Shown: positions 17,496 through 26,186, numbered from the stretch's first letter. The stretch is DNA of 64,000 bases from a virus (IMGVR_UViG_3300044712_002337:82564-146563); one strand, 5' to 3'. Numbers and translations are program-made. The notes: a model not told the origin generated them from the sequence alone.

Positions 17496-18590
17496 CGGGG
17501 CGGACCCCGTCGCCACCATAGGCCGGTTGGCGGCGGCCCGATGAGCGATGTTGAGGGCGGCGTTGTGGTCGGCATTGGCCGTGCGGGAGCACGACTTACA
17601 CCGAAACCGAACGCCCTTGCGGTTGGTTTTGGCGACGTGCCCGCAGGCGGCACACGTCTGCGAGGTGTAGGCGGGCTCGACCGCCCACACCGGCACCCCG
17701 GCGTGAATAGCCTTGTAGGTCACGAACGCCCGCAGTCGAGCGAACGACCAGGAGGAAAAAGCGTGGCGAACCGTTTTCTGAACCCGCCGCCCCCGCCGCC
17801 GAATCCCGGTCAGGTGTTCGAGGGCGATGGCGTGGTTCAGTGCCTTGGCCTTGCTCACAATCTGCGAACTGACGACGTGGTCGACGCCCTTGCGGAAGCG
17901 GGCCTCCCGCCCGCCGTTCTTCTTCAACCGCCGCTTGGCCGACTTCGTGCCGACCGCCTGGAGGGCCGCCCGGCGGCGGGCGTACCGCCCGACGACGGTT
18001 TTGTACTGGTCGTGCCCGAGGGCGGTGCCGTCCGACAGGGTGGCGAGGGTGCGGACGCCGAGGTCCACCCCGAGAACGCCGGTCGTCGGCCGCTCCGGTC
18101 CCGCGGGAACGTCGACGGCCACCGCCAGCCACCAGGACGGGCCTTCCCGGATGAGTTTCGCCTCCCGCCAGCCGTGGGCGAGCAGGGCCGCCTGGTAGTC
18201 GCCGCAGGCGAACGGGAGTTTAATCCGGCCGGCGGTCGCTGTGGTGATTCCGACCTCGCCGGACTTGCGGTCGTCGGCCGGTTTCAGCTTGAACAACCGG
18301 CAGTCCACCGGGACGGCCCCGCCCGGCTTGAACACCGGGCACCGGCGGCGGTCCCGGGCGAACACAGCGGCCGCCTTGGCCACCGCCTTGACGGCCCACT
18401 GGGCGGGCAGGCCGAACCGGTCTCGCAGGGGCCGGTAGACGAGCTTCTGCAGGCGGAACCCGTTGAACTCCTTCTCCCGGAACCCGACCGCGGCCGCCTC
18501 CGACGCGGCGGCGTTCACCGCGGCGAGGGTGGCCGTCAGCAGGGCGGCCTGCTCGGGCGTCGGTCGGAGGTGGAGGCGGACGGTTTTCAC
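17472..18590 (-). CDS. tnpB: TnpB (OrfB) RNA-guided nuclease, IS200/IS605 family, copy 2
   Basis: GTG start after AGGAG; GVDLGVRT, ALEHL, CAACGH...CKSCS zinc finger, NADHNAALNI; long ORF extension upstream rejected. Confidence 0.85.
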   Translation of the reverse strand: MKTVRLHLRPTPEQAALLTATLAAVNAAASEAAAVGFREKEFNGFRLQKLVYRPLRDRFGLPAQWAVKAVAKAAAVFARDRRRCPVFKPGGAVPVDCRLFKLKPADDRKSGEVGITTATAGRIKLPFACGDYQAALLAHGWREAKLIREGPSWWLAVAVDVPAGPERPTTGVLGVDLGVRTLATLSDGTALGHDQYKTVVGRYARRRAALQAVGTKSAKRRLKKNGGREARFRKGVDHVVSSQIVSKAKALNHAIALEHLTGIRRRGRRVQKTVRHAFSSWSFARLRAFVTYKAIHAGVPVWAVEPAYTSQTCAACGHVAKTNRKGVRFRCKSCSRTANADHNAALNIAHRAAANRPMVATGSAPSAASPRL

Positions 18591-18707
18591 TCCTAGTGAG
18601 TACCCCGAACGCCGCCGCGGGCGGTGGGGATTTTTTAAAATCGTCCGGCCGGCTCCGCCGGCACCCCGGGGCTGAAGCCCGGGGCCTCCGGACGAGGAGG
18701 AATTTCG

Positions 18708-19265
18708 GTGACCGAAATCTACGTGTCGACCGACGTCGAGACCGACGGGCCCATCCCGGGGCCGCACTCGATGCTCAGCTTCGGGTCCGCCGCGTTCACC
18801 GCCGAAGGCCGGATGCTGTCCACCTTCGAGGCCAACCTGGAGACCCTGCCGGGCGCGTCCGGGCACCCGGACACCATGCGGTGGTGGGAGACCCAGCCCG
18901 AGGCGTGGGCGGCCCACCGGACGGACTTGCGGACGCCCCTCGAAGCCATGACGAGGTACTCGGCCTGGCTGAAGGGGCTGCCCGGGCTGCCGGTGTTCGT
19001 GGGCTACCCGGCCGGGTTCGACTTCACCTGGATATATCATTATCTAATTATGTTTACGAATCACTCCCCGTTCTCCTTCTCGGCGGTGGACATCAAGACG
19101 TTCGCCATGTGCTTGTTGAAGAAGGACTACCGCCAGTCGACCAAGAAGAACATGCCGAAGCGGTGGTTCGGGGGCGTGAAACACTCCCACAAGGCACTGG
19201 AAGACGCCGTCGGCCAGGGGGAGCTGTTCATCAACATGCTGAAGGAAAGCCGAGGCGAGAAGTGA
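18708..19265 (+). CDS. DnaQ-like (DEDDh) 3'-5' exonuclease
   Basis: Exo [10 protein letters not shown] and Exo III H-x4-D (HKALEDA) motifs. Confidence 0.6.
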   Translation: MTEIYVSTDVETDGPIPGPHSMLSFGSAAFTAEGRMLSTFEANLETLPGASGHPDTMRWWETQPEAWAAHRTDLRTPLEAMTRYSAWLKGLPGLPVFVGYPAGFDFTWIYHYLIMFTNHSPFSFSAVDIKTFAMCLLKKDYRQSTKKNMPKRWFGGVKHSHKALEDAVGQGELFINMLKESRGEK

Positions 19266-19528
19266 CCCTCTTGGATTTCGTCAGTCACATCCCCTTCCCC
19301 GACGGGGGCTTCTCCCCCAGTACCAGGGAAGAGGTACTCCAAGCCCTGAAGACGTTCTACTGCCGGTTCTTCGCGGAGGACGGGCGGGAGGGGAGCGTGT
19401 TCGACGGCGAGGTGCTGGACGCCCTGGACGCGGTCGGGCGGGCCAAGCCGGACTGCCCGGACCGGCACGCCGCCGGGCCGTGCGCCTTCTCCGAGGGGCG
19501 GTGCGTGTACTGCTGGCGGCCGAAGTGA
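19262..19528 (+). CDS. hypothetical Cys-containing protein
   Basis: GTGA overlap; 88 aa. Confidence 0.35.
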   Translation: MTLLDFVSHIPFPDGGFSPSTREEVLQALKTFYCRFFAEDGREGSVFDGEVLDALDAVGRAKPDCPDRHAAGPCAFSEGRCVYCWRPK

Positions 19529-19633
19529 TTTGTCCCTTTCAACATGTGGGCCGCAGGCCCACGAGGCCGTGGGGGTGAGCCCCCACCATGTTAAAAGGAA
19601 AAATCCAACTACCCCCTGTGAGCGGAGCGAACA
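19529..19633. repeat. complete palindromic unit: TGA-TTTGTCCCTTTCAACATG + 2 hairpins + CATGTTAAAAGGAAAAATC + TGTGAGCGGAGCGAACA + GTG
   Basis: left and right arms are reverse complements. Confidence 0.65.
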
Positions 19634-20233
19634 GTGACGGAGCGAGACGCCTTCTTGGCCGCCATCCGGGCGACGCCCGACGACGACCTGCCCCGTCTTG
19701 TGTTCGCCGACTGGTTGGACGAGAACGGGCAGCCGGACCACGCAAGAGCCATCCGACACTACATCCACCGCCGCACGGTCCACACGAGTGCGGCGGGGTA
19801 CCCCGCCGAGTTGTGGTTGTTGGAGGGGGAAGACGGGTGGGCCAAGGAGATTGCTCCGGCTGTCCCGGGGGTGGCGTACACCGTCCGCCGCGGGTTCGTC
19901 AGCGGCGTCGAATGCCGGTGGGCTGACTGGTTCGGCTGGCCATGCTCATGCGAGGCTCGCGACCGGCGGTGCGATGGCGGGTGTACGGGCGGACGCATCG
20001 GCCGCGGTCCCGAATTGGTGAGGACCCACCCGATTGAGCGGGTCCGTTTTAGTGATGTCACCCCGCTCTCCGTTCACAACCCCACCGGCCCTCCGTACTG
20101 GACCCAGGGGCTGTACCCGCATTTAGTCCCGTGGGGGTACGCCCCGCTCACCTTCGAGAGTCCCGAGGCGGCGGAGGAGGCCACCTCCCGGCAGGCGCTG
20201 GCCTGGGCGCGGGGGCACCCCCCTTGTACTTAA
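19634..20233 (+). CDS. TIGR02996-type repeat-companion domain protein (paralog 2)
   Basis: MTERDAFLAAIRATPDDDLPRLVFADWLDENGQPDHARAIR; GTG preceded by TGTGAGCGGAGCGAACA. Confidence 0.55.
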   Translation: MTERDAFLAAIRATPDDDLPRLVFADWLDENGQPDHARAIRHYIHRRTVHTSAAGYPAELWLLEGEDGWAKEIAPAVPGVAYTVRRGFVSGVECRWADWFGWPCSCEARDRRCDGGCTGGRIGRGPELVRTHPIERVRFSDVTPLSVHNPTGPPYWTQGLYPHLVPWGYAPLTFESPEAAEEATSRQALAWARGHPPCT

Positions 20234-20251
20234 TATTTTTAGCAGTATAAT
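20224..20251 (+). promoter_or_regulatory. sigma-70-like promoter for excisionase gene (near-leaderless)
   Basis: TTGTAC -N16- TATAAT; start codon about 9 nt downstream of -10. Confidence 0.5.
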
Positions 20252-20259
20252 TACGGCTA

Positions 20260-20544
20260 GTGACATCCCACTGCCTAGACCTGTTGGCCGAGACGGTCCT
20301 CACCCTGCCCCAGGCGGCGGCGGTGCTGGCGGTCGACGCCGCCACCGTCGGGCGGTACGTGCGGGCGGGCCGGCTGGAGGGGGTGCGGGTGGGCGGGCGG
20401 TGGAAGACCAGCCGGGAGGCGGTCGCCCGGTTCCTGGCCGGCACCCAGCCGCGGGCGAAAGCCGACCCGCCCGCCCGGACGCCCGCCGGCCGCCGCGGGG
20501 AGAAGGCCCTCGCCCGGCTGCGGGCGATGGGGGTGAAGGTCTAG
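20260..20544 (+). CDS. excisionase-like / AlpA-type HTH DNA-binding protein
   Basis: LTLPQAAAVLAVDAATVGRYVRAGRLEGVRVGGRWKTSREAV winged-helix pattern; divergent from integrase. Confidence 0.5.
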   Translation: MTSHCLDLLAETVLTLPQAAAVLAVDAATVGRYVRAGRLEGVRVGGRWKTSREAVARFLAGTQPRAKADPPARTPAGRRGEKALARLRAMGVKV

Positions 20545-21758
20545 CCCGACTTCTTGGCGGCGTCGACCGCGTCCTTGTCCACCGGCCGCGAATACCGCTC
20601 GGTCGTCCGGGCGTTCTTGTGCCCGAGCAGCTTCTGGGCGACGTCCAGCCCGTGCTCGCCCCGGAACTCCACCCCGGCGGCGTGCCGCAGCTGGTTGCTG
20701 GTCCACTTCGCCACCCCCGCCCGCCCGCACGCCCGCTCGATGGCCTGGTTGTACGTCGCCGTCGTGTACCACAGCCCGACCCGGGCGGACGGCCCCTTCT
20801 CCGCCTGCTGCCGCTCCTTCACCTGGGACGGGTACCTCGGCCGCCGCTCGGCCCGCCGCCGGGCGAGCTGCTCGCGGGCGGAGGTGCGGGGGCGGAACAC
20901 CGGCAGGTCGGGCTCGGCCCAGTCCAGGTACGGGGCGAGCACCGCCTGGGCGGCGGGGCCGACGTACACCTCCCGCGTCTCCCCGGCGTGCGCCCGCTTG
21001 TGCCGGTCCGGCCGGAACACCCACACCGCGGCCCCGCGGTCAATCAGGCCGGGCGTCAGCCCGCACACGTCCTGCGGGCGGCACCCGGTCAGCCGGTGGA
21101 ACCGCACCATGGCGGCGACGGTCGGGGTGAGGTGCGGGAGGGTGGCCTCCACGTCCGCGTCGCCCACCGCCTCGACCGTCCGCTGCTCGGGGGCCCTCGT
21201 CTTCCCCTTCTTCAGCCCGTCCACGCTCCGCAGCTGGAACCACTTGCCGGCGGGCACCAGCTCCATCTTCTCCCCCCACCGGAACACCGCCCGCACCCGC
21301 CGCGCCTGGGCGTTCACGTGCTCGCGGGTCCACCCCTTGGCCACCATCGCGTCCCGCACGCGGATGAGCGCCCGCGGCCCGAACTCGGCGGCCGGGTCGA
21401 GCGGGCAGACGGTGCACAGCACCCCGACGGCCGCCTTGTAGTACTTCGTCTCCGACGCCGAGTACCCGACCAGCTCGGCCGCCAGGAACGCCTCGGCCAG
21501 TTCGGCCACGCACACCCCGCCCTTGGGCGGCCGCGCCGGCCCGGGCGGGGCGGGGGGCGGGGCGGGCGGGGCGTCGGGGTGCCCGGCCCGCCACTCGGCC
21601 AGGAACGCCTGGTACGCCGCCTTCGACTCCTCGCTCCCGTACCGGCCCAGGTACACCCGCACCCGGTCCCCCTTCTGTTCGTCGTACACGAAAACGAACG
21701 CCCGGTCGGTGGCGCGGTGGCGGCGGTAGGTGGGGACGACGTTGCGGGGTCGGGACAC
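20541..21758 (-). CDS. int: tyrosine recombinase / phage integrase
   Basis: C-terminal catalytic region LRHAAGVEFRGEHGLDVAQKLLGHKNARTTERYS (R..H-x-x-R..Y). Confidence 0.85.
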   Translation of the reverse strand: MSRPRNVVPTYRRHRATDRAFVFVYDEQKGDRVRVYLGRYGSEESKAAYQAFLAEWRAGHPDAPPAPPPAPPGPARPPKGGVCVAELAEAFLAAELVGYSASETKYYKAAVGVLCTVCPLDPAAEFGPRALIRVRDAMVAKGWTREHVNAQARRVRAVFRWGEKMELVPAGKWFQLRSVDGLKKGKTRAPEQRTVEAVGDADVEATLPHLTPTVAAMVRFHRLTGCRPQDVCGLTPGLIDRGAAVWVFRPDRHKRAHAGETREVYVGPAAQAVLAPYLDWAEPDLPVFRPRTSAREQLARRRAERRPRYPSQVKERQQAEKGPSARVGLWYTTATYNQAIERACGRAGVAKWTSNQLRHAAGVEFRGEHGLDVAQKLLGHKNARTTERYSRPVDKDAVDAAKKSG

Positions 21759-21759
21759 G

Positions 21760-21811
21760 GGGTTTTGGGGTCAGGTTTTCGGGGTCGGGGGGTTTTGGGG
21801 TCAGAAGTGTA
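21760..21811. repeat. arm-type direct repeats GGTTTTGGGGTCAG (x2) between int and tRNA fragment
   Basis: same 13-14-mer recurs at 22083-22130. Confidence 0.55.
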
Positions 21812-21864
21812 CCGCGGATATGCCTGCGTTTCCAGCCTTTTTTCGGTTTTCCCCTCGCGAAGCG

Positions 21865-21907
21865 AGTCGCTTATGAAGCGATTGCTCTAACCACTGAGCT
21901 ACCCCGC
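21865..21907 (-). pseudogene. truncated tRNA-Met(CAT) 5' fragment (positions ~1-43), candidate att core
   Basis: GGCGGGGTAGCTCAGTGGTTAGAGCAATCGCTTCATAAGCGAC: acceptor 5' strand, U8, D-arm, anticodon arm with CAT; no T-arm or 3' acceptor follows. Confidence 0.45.
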
Positions 21908-22082
21908 CTGATACCCTCATCTTAGGCCCCCGCGGCGGGCCGGCAAGGGGAATCGCCCCGCGACTTTTCCCTGGGATTTCAGGCTTCTTTTCCTGGGGCC
22001 CGGCGGGCGGGCGGGCCGCCGGGGCGGGCCGGCGGCGGGGGACGGGCCGGGCGGCAGACCGGGCGAACCGGGCGGTGTTTTG

Positions 22083-22135
22083 GGGTCAGCGGCGGGGGTT
22101 TTGGGGTCAATTGGGGTCAGCTTGACCCCAAAAGG
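22083..22135. repeat. arm-type repeats GTTTTGGGGTCAG (x2) plus 21-nt palindrome TTGGGGTCAGCTTGACCCCAA
   Basis: direct copies of the 21760 repeats; near-perfect inverted repeat. Confidence 0.55.
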
Positions 22136-22156
22136 AACGGGGCGGGTTTTACCCGC
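22127..22156 (-). terminator. intrinsic terminator for gene 22184..23072
   Basis: GGGGCGGGtaaaaCCCGCCCC then GTTCCTTTTGGGG on minus strand. Confidence 0.55.
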
Positions 22157-22183
22157 CCCGGAGGGAATGGTCTGACTTTGTCT

Positions 22184-23072
22184 TCACGGGCGAGCGGAGC
22201 GAGCCCAAGAAAGGAGCCCCTCCGAAACCCAAGACGTCGCCTCGGCGGCGGTCGCGGCGCCGACGTAACGACTGGTGAACGAGTGTTCCCTGGAAGATGA
22301 GTCCGCCAGGCCGGCCCTCAGAACGCACTCGAACACGTCGGCCGGCAGGACGGCCGACTCCGGTACGCCGTCGCTCGGCCGGGGCCGGTCTGCCGAATAG
22401 AAGCAGTAGTACCGCCCGTTCCAGTGCGGGGCCCGGTCGGTCGCCCGCACCGACTCGACCGGGTGGGCCCGCGCGACCCCCGGTCCGAGGCCGGGGGTGA
22501 ACAGGGTGGGCACCCGCCGGGTGCCGGGGCGGTCCATCCGGGACACCTCCGCCGTCTCCCACGTCCCGTACCAGTCGGCGAACCGGCACACCGCCGCGCG
22601 GACGAACCCGCGGCGCCAGAACAGTCCCTCCCCGCTCTCGTCCCGGCCCTGTCCAATTCTCTGCGGGACACCTCTGGTCTCCACCCAGGTGTGGTCCAGC
22701 AGGTGCCGCAGGGCCCGGTCGTCCAGGCCGAACGCACAGTTCGGGTCCGGGCAGTCCCGCCGGGACCAGGCGGAGCACTCCCGGCACGGCGTACACCGGG
22801 CGGCGTGGACTTGGGTTCGGATGAAGTCCGCCCTCGCGGCGTTCGCGTTCGGGGCAACCGCCTTGCCGCGGCAAACCCCGCACTCGTGCCCCCAAACCGG
22901 CTGGGTCACCCCGAGCCGCCGGGACAAGTCACAGACGCCCGTCCCGCCGCACTTCTCGCACCGCGTCGCGGCGGCGTTCTCGTCCAACCAGTCCGCGTAC
23001 ACCAGGCGTTCGAGGTCCGACGCCGGGTTGGCCCGGATGGCGGCGAGCAGGGCTTCTTCCTCGGTCATGCGT
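22184..23072 (-). CDS. TIGR02996-type repeat-companion domain protein (paralog 3), Cys-rich
   Basis: MTEEEALLAAIRANPASDLERLVYADWLDE; ATG preceded by GTGAGCGGAGCGAACGC; longer ORF start rejected. Confidence 0.55.
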
Positions 23073-23175
23073 TCGCTCCGCTCACGTTTCGGGTCTGGGG
23101 CGCAACCCCAGGGGGTGTGGGGTGCAACCCCAGGGGGTGTGGGGCAAAGCCCCACATGTTAAAAGGAGGAAGTCA
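23073..23175. repeat. cassette on minus-gene strand: TGA-CTTCCTCCTTTTAACA + 3 hairpins (22-nt tandem) + GTGAGCGGAGCGAACGC + ATG
   Basis: between TIGR02996 paralogs 4 and 3. Confidence 0.6.
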
Positions 23176-23893
23176 TCCGGGCCTCCGCCAGCAGCTCGGC
23201 GCTCAAGGCCGCCCGCGCCGCCCCGGGGGACTCGAACGACTCGGTGAGGCACCTCGGGCTGGTTGCCCCGGCCATGAAAATCCTCCCAATCCCCCGCGGG
23301 GCGTTCTCGCGGACAGGCACCAGGAAGACTCGGTCTCCCATCCGGTGGGTGGCGATATCGGTGACGTCCACTTTGGTGGCAAGCGGGTAGGACGGGAGAT
23401 TTTTCCGCAGCCAATCCAGCCGCCCCTTCACCCGGTCGACGAACCCGCGGGCGAACGTCACGCCGGCCGCCCCGTCGTGACCGAAGTTGCCGCAGTACGT
23501 CGCCACCCGCCCCGACCAGTCGTGCCAGTTCCGTTCGAGCAGGTCTCGCTCGCGGGAGAGCAACGCCCGCACCTCCCCGCCGAGCGGCCGGATGTTCGGG
23601 CCCGTCATCGGGGCGTTGTCGCAGCACTGTTCGCACTCCGCCGAACAGAGCGACCACCCCTTGTCCTCCGGCCACTCCACCCAGAGGGCGCCGCACGCCG
23701 CGCACGAGTGGGTGGGTGCGGGGGCTCCGTACGGTAGCACGACGCCGCGGCGGTGGAGCTCGACCTGGACGCGGGCGAAGTCCGCCCTTTCCCCCTCCCC
23801 GGTCTCGTCCAAAAAGTCGGCGTACACCAGGCGGGGCAAATCGTCGTGCGGACGTGCCACAATGGCGGCCAGGAGGGCGTCGGAGTCCGTCAT
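23159..23893 (-). CDS. TIGR02996-type repeat-companion domain protein (paralog 4), Cys-rich
   Basis: MTDSDALLAAIVARPHDDLPRLVYADFLDETGEGERADFARV; internal ATG chosen. Confidence 0.55.
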   Translation of the reverse strand: MTDSDALLAAIVARPHDDLPRLVYADFLDETGEGERADFARVQVELHRRGVVLPYGAPAPTHSCAACGALWVEWPEDKGWSLCSAECEQCCDNAPMTGPNIRPLGGEVRALLSRERDLLERNWHDWSGRVATYCGNFGHDGAAGVTFARGFVDRVKGRLDWLRKNLPSYPLATKVDVTDIATHRMGDRVFLVPVRENAPRGIGRIFMAGATSPRCLTESFESPGAARAALSAELLAEARMTSSF

Positions 23894-24037
23894 GGTTCCC
23901 TTTACCACACGGCCGGCGTTCCGCCCGGCCCGGAAGTTTTCGCCCGGCTAAAAAGCACCTTAAAAAACCGACTCCAGCCGCTTTTTTAAGATACCGCACC
24001 GGCCCGGTGTTGGTTAGTATGGGAGCGTGAACTCCCG

Positions 24038-24066
24038 TTGACGCCACCCGCGGTTCCCATTATTAT
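24038..24066 (+). promoter_or_regulatory. sigma-70 promoter
   Basis: TTGACG -N17- TATTAT in AT-rich islet. Confidence 0.55.
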
Positions 24067-24103
24067 TAATACTGGAATTAATACTAAGAAGGCCCGCCGA
24101 AAA

Positions 24104-24526
24104 ATGCAAGTCCGGAAGTTAGACCCTCACGACCTGCCCGCCCTCGCCCACGCCACCCGCGACGCCGCCCCGCTGGCCGACGCCGACCTGCCGCCCCTGC
24201 TGGCCGGCGGCGGCCGGCTGCTGGTGGCCGAGGAGGGGGCCGGGAACGCGGTCGGGTTCGTGCACTTCGTGGCCGGGGACGGCGGGACGCAAATCCGCCG
24301 GGTGACGGTGGACCCGGACTACCGCCGGGCCGGGGTGGGCACCGCCCTGGTGAAGAAGGTGCTGAAGGGGGCGGCGAGGGCGGGGGCGGGGGTGACCGCC
24401 CTGGTGCACGAGGAGGACGCCGACGCCCTGGAGTTCTACAAGGAGGGGTTCGGGGCGTCGTCGCGGCACGTCCGCGGGGCGTTCGGCGACCGGGACGGGG
24501 TGGAATTCACCCTCCCCACCTCTTGA
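24104..24526 (+). CDS. GNAT-family N-acetyltransferase
   Basis: RRVTVDPDYRRAGVGTALVKKVL acetyl-CoA binding motif; AAGAAGG SD. Confidence 0.6.
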   Translation: MQVRKLDPHDLPALAHATRDAAPLADADLPPLLAGGGRLLVAEEGAGNAVGFVHFVAGDGGTQIRRVTVDPDYRRAGVGTALVKKVLKGAARAGAGVTALVHEEDADALEFYKEGFGASSRHVRGAFGDRDGVEFTLPTS

Positions 24527-24591
24527 CGTCTGTACACCGCCCACGTTATCATCCCATACCCGTCCGACGGACCCTACTCAGGAATGCTCGC

Positions 24592-24786
24592 ATGTCGAAT
24601 GCCGACCGTGCCGTGATTTTGGCCCAGGTGGCGGTGGCCGACCTGGCGGTGGTGTGCGACCCGCTGGAGGCGCTGGACCTGTTCCTCACCCGCCTGGCGG
24701 CCGAGCCGCCGCCGGCCGGGCCGCTCGCCCGGTGGGTGCGGGAGGGGCTGGCGGCGGCGGGGCTGGAGCTGGCCGAGGCCGAGTGA
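24592..24786 (+). CDS. hypothetical small protein
   Basis: internal ATG of ORF 24523..24786. Confidence 0.3.
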   Translation: MSNADRAVILAQVAVADLAVVCDPLEALDLFLTRLAAEPPPAGPLARWVREGLAAAGLELAEAE

Positions 24787-24801
24787 ATTCGGCGAATCGG
24801 G

Positions 24802-24831
24802 TTGACAGTTGGGCACGGGGAATCCTATTAT
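24802..24831 (+). promoter_or_regulatory. sigma-70 promoter
   Basis: TTGACA -N18- TATTAT, then hairpin CTGGAGTataaaACTCCAG. Confidence 0.55.
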
Positions 24832-24865
24832 CGACACTGGAGTATAAACTCCAGTACCGAAAGGG

Positions 24866-25252
24866 GTGCCACCCGTGGCCAAGAACGAGGTCCTGACGAA
24901 CGAGCAGTTCGTGGTGATTTGGGAGAAGCACGACAACCTGGAGGCGATCGAGCGGGAGATGGCGGCGGTGTACAAGGCGGCCGGGCTCCGCCCGCCGGGC
25001 CGCCCGACCATCGCCGCCCGGGCCGGGCAGCTGCGGGCCAAGGGGGTGCAAATCTCCCGCAAGAAGGCCGGGCCGAAGGCGAAGACCGACCTGGCCCGGC
25101 TGAACGAGCTGGCCGAGACGGTGCGGGCGGCGGTGGCCGCCGGGAAGGCGCCCGCCTCCCCCGTCGTCCCGCCCGTCCCCCGCCCGCCCGAGCCGCCCGA
25201 CCAGTCGGACGTCATCCGGCGGATGCTCGACGAGCTGCACGCGGCCGGGTGA
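24866..25252 (+). CDS. hypothetical protein
   Basis: 128-aa ORF after promoter and AAAGGGG SD. Confidence 0.45.
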   Translation: MPPVAKNEVLTNEQFVVIWEKHDNLEAIEREMAAVYKAAGLRPPGRPTIAARAGQLRAKGVQISRKKAGPKAKTDLARLNELAETVRAAVAAGKAPASPVVPPVPRPPEPPDQSDVIRRMLDELHAAG

Positions 25253-25262
25253 GCGCGGGAAG

Positions 25263-25286
25263 GGGGCCTTGACGGGGCCCTTTTTT
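25263..25286 (+). terminator. intrinsic terminator
   Basis: GGGGCCttgacGGGGCCC followed by TTTTTT. Confidence 0.65.
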
Positions 25287-25297
25287 CGTGGTTAAAT

Positions 25298-25306
25298 TGA
25301 TATAAT
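25298..25306 (+). promoter_or_regulatory. extended -10 promoter (TGaTATAAT)
   Basis: TGATATAAT about 29 nt upstream of the methylase TTG start at 25335. Confidence 0.45.
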
Positions 25307-25334
25307 TAACAGTACAAATACCGGGGGCGGGAAG

Positions 25335-26186
25335 TTGGTCAAATCACCGTTAAAATTCCCCGGGGCGAAGAGCTACCTCGCCGACTGGCTCGTCTCCCTC
25401 CTCCCCGAGCGGGGCGGGTACACGACCTTCGTCGACCTCTTCGGGGGCGGGGGCTCGGTCTTGCTCGCCCACGACCCGGCCGGCAAGAGCGAGGTGTACA
25501 ACGACCTCGACGAGGGGCTGGTGAACCTGTGGCGGGTGCTCCGGGACCCGGCCCTGTTCGCCGGGTTCGTCCGCCTGTGCCAGGCCACCCCGTTCTCCAA
25601 GCCGGACTGGGAGTACGCCGACCAGTTGGAGTCGCTCATGGGGGTGGACGCGGGGACGGACAAGGCGGTGTCCGACGAGTTCCGCGTCCGCTGGGCGTGG
25701 GCGTACTTCGTCACCGTCCGCCAGTCGATGATGGGGCTGGGGAAGACCTTCGCCCCGCTGTCCACCGGCCGGGTGCGGGCCGGGATGAACGAGCAGGCGA
25801 GCGCCTGGCTGTCGGCCGTCGACCACCTGCCGGCCGTCCACGCCCGCCTCAAGCGGGTGGTGGTGCTGAACGAGGACGCCACCGGGCTGGTCGCCAAGTA
25901 CGACAAGCCGGGGGTGGTGCTCTTCGCCGACCCGCCGTACGCCCCGGACGCCCGCACCCCGGACCTGTACCGGTGCGAGATGGGCGTGGACGAGCACCGG
26001 GCGTTCGTCCGCGCCTGTCTGGGGGTGAGGCACGCCCGGGTGCTGGTGTGCGGGTACGACTCCCCCCTGTACACCGCCCCGCTCGAAGGGGCGGGGTGGA
26101 CGCGGCACGCCAAGGAGGTGGCGTCGGCGATGACCAAGGGGAAGGTGAAGCCGAAGCGGGAGGAGATTTGTTGGACGTCGTATTAG
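25335..26186 (+). CDS. DNA adenine methyltransferase (Dam/D12 class, N6-adenine)
   Basis: N-terminal LKFPGAK, DLFGGGGSV (FxGxG SAM site), catalytic DPPY. Confidence 0.8.
   Translation: MVKSPLKFPGAKSYLADWLVSLLPERGGYTTFVDLFGGGGSVLLAHDPAGKSEVYNDLDEGLVNLWRVLRDPALFAGFVRLCQATPFSKPDWEYADQLESLMGVDAGTDKAVSDEFRVRWAWAYFVTVRQSMMGLGKTFAPLSTGRVRAGMNEQASAWLSAVDHLPAVHARLKRVVVLNEDATGLVAKYDKPGVVLFADPPYAPDARTPDLYRCEMGVDEHRAFVRACLGVRHARVLVCGYDSPLYTAPLEGAGWTRHAKEVASAMTKGKVKPKREEICWTSY

Noticed and set aside
17472-19040. 522-aa long form of tnpB copy 2
   Set aside because: Upstream 150 codons are RPG-rich read-through; GTG with AGGAG at 18590 gives a TnpB of normal length.
22187-22205. GCGAGCGGAGCGAGC on the plus strand as a leader
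   Set aside because: It is inside the coding sequence of the minus-strand gene 22184..23072 and on the wrong strand.
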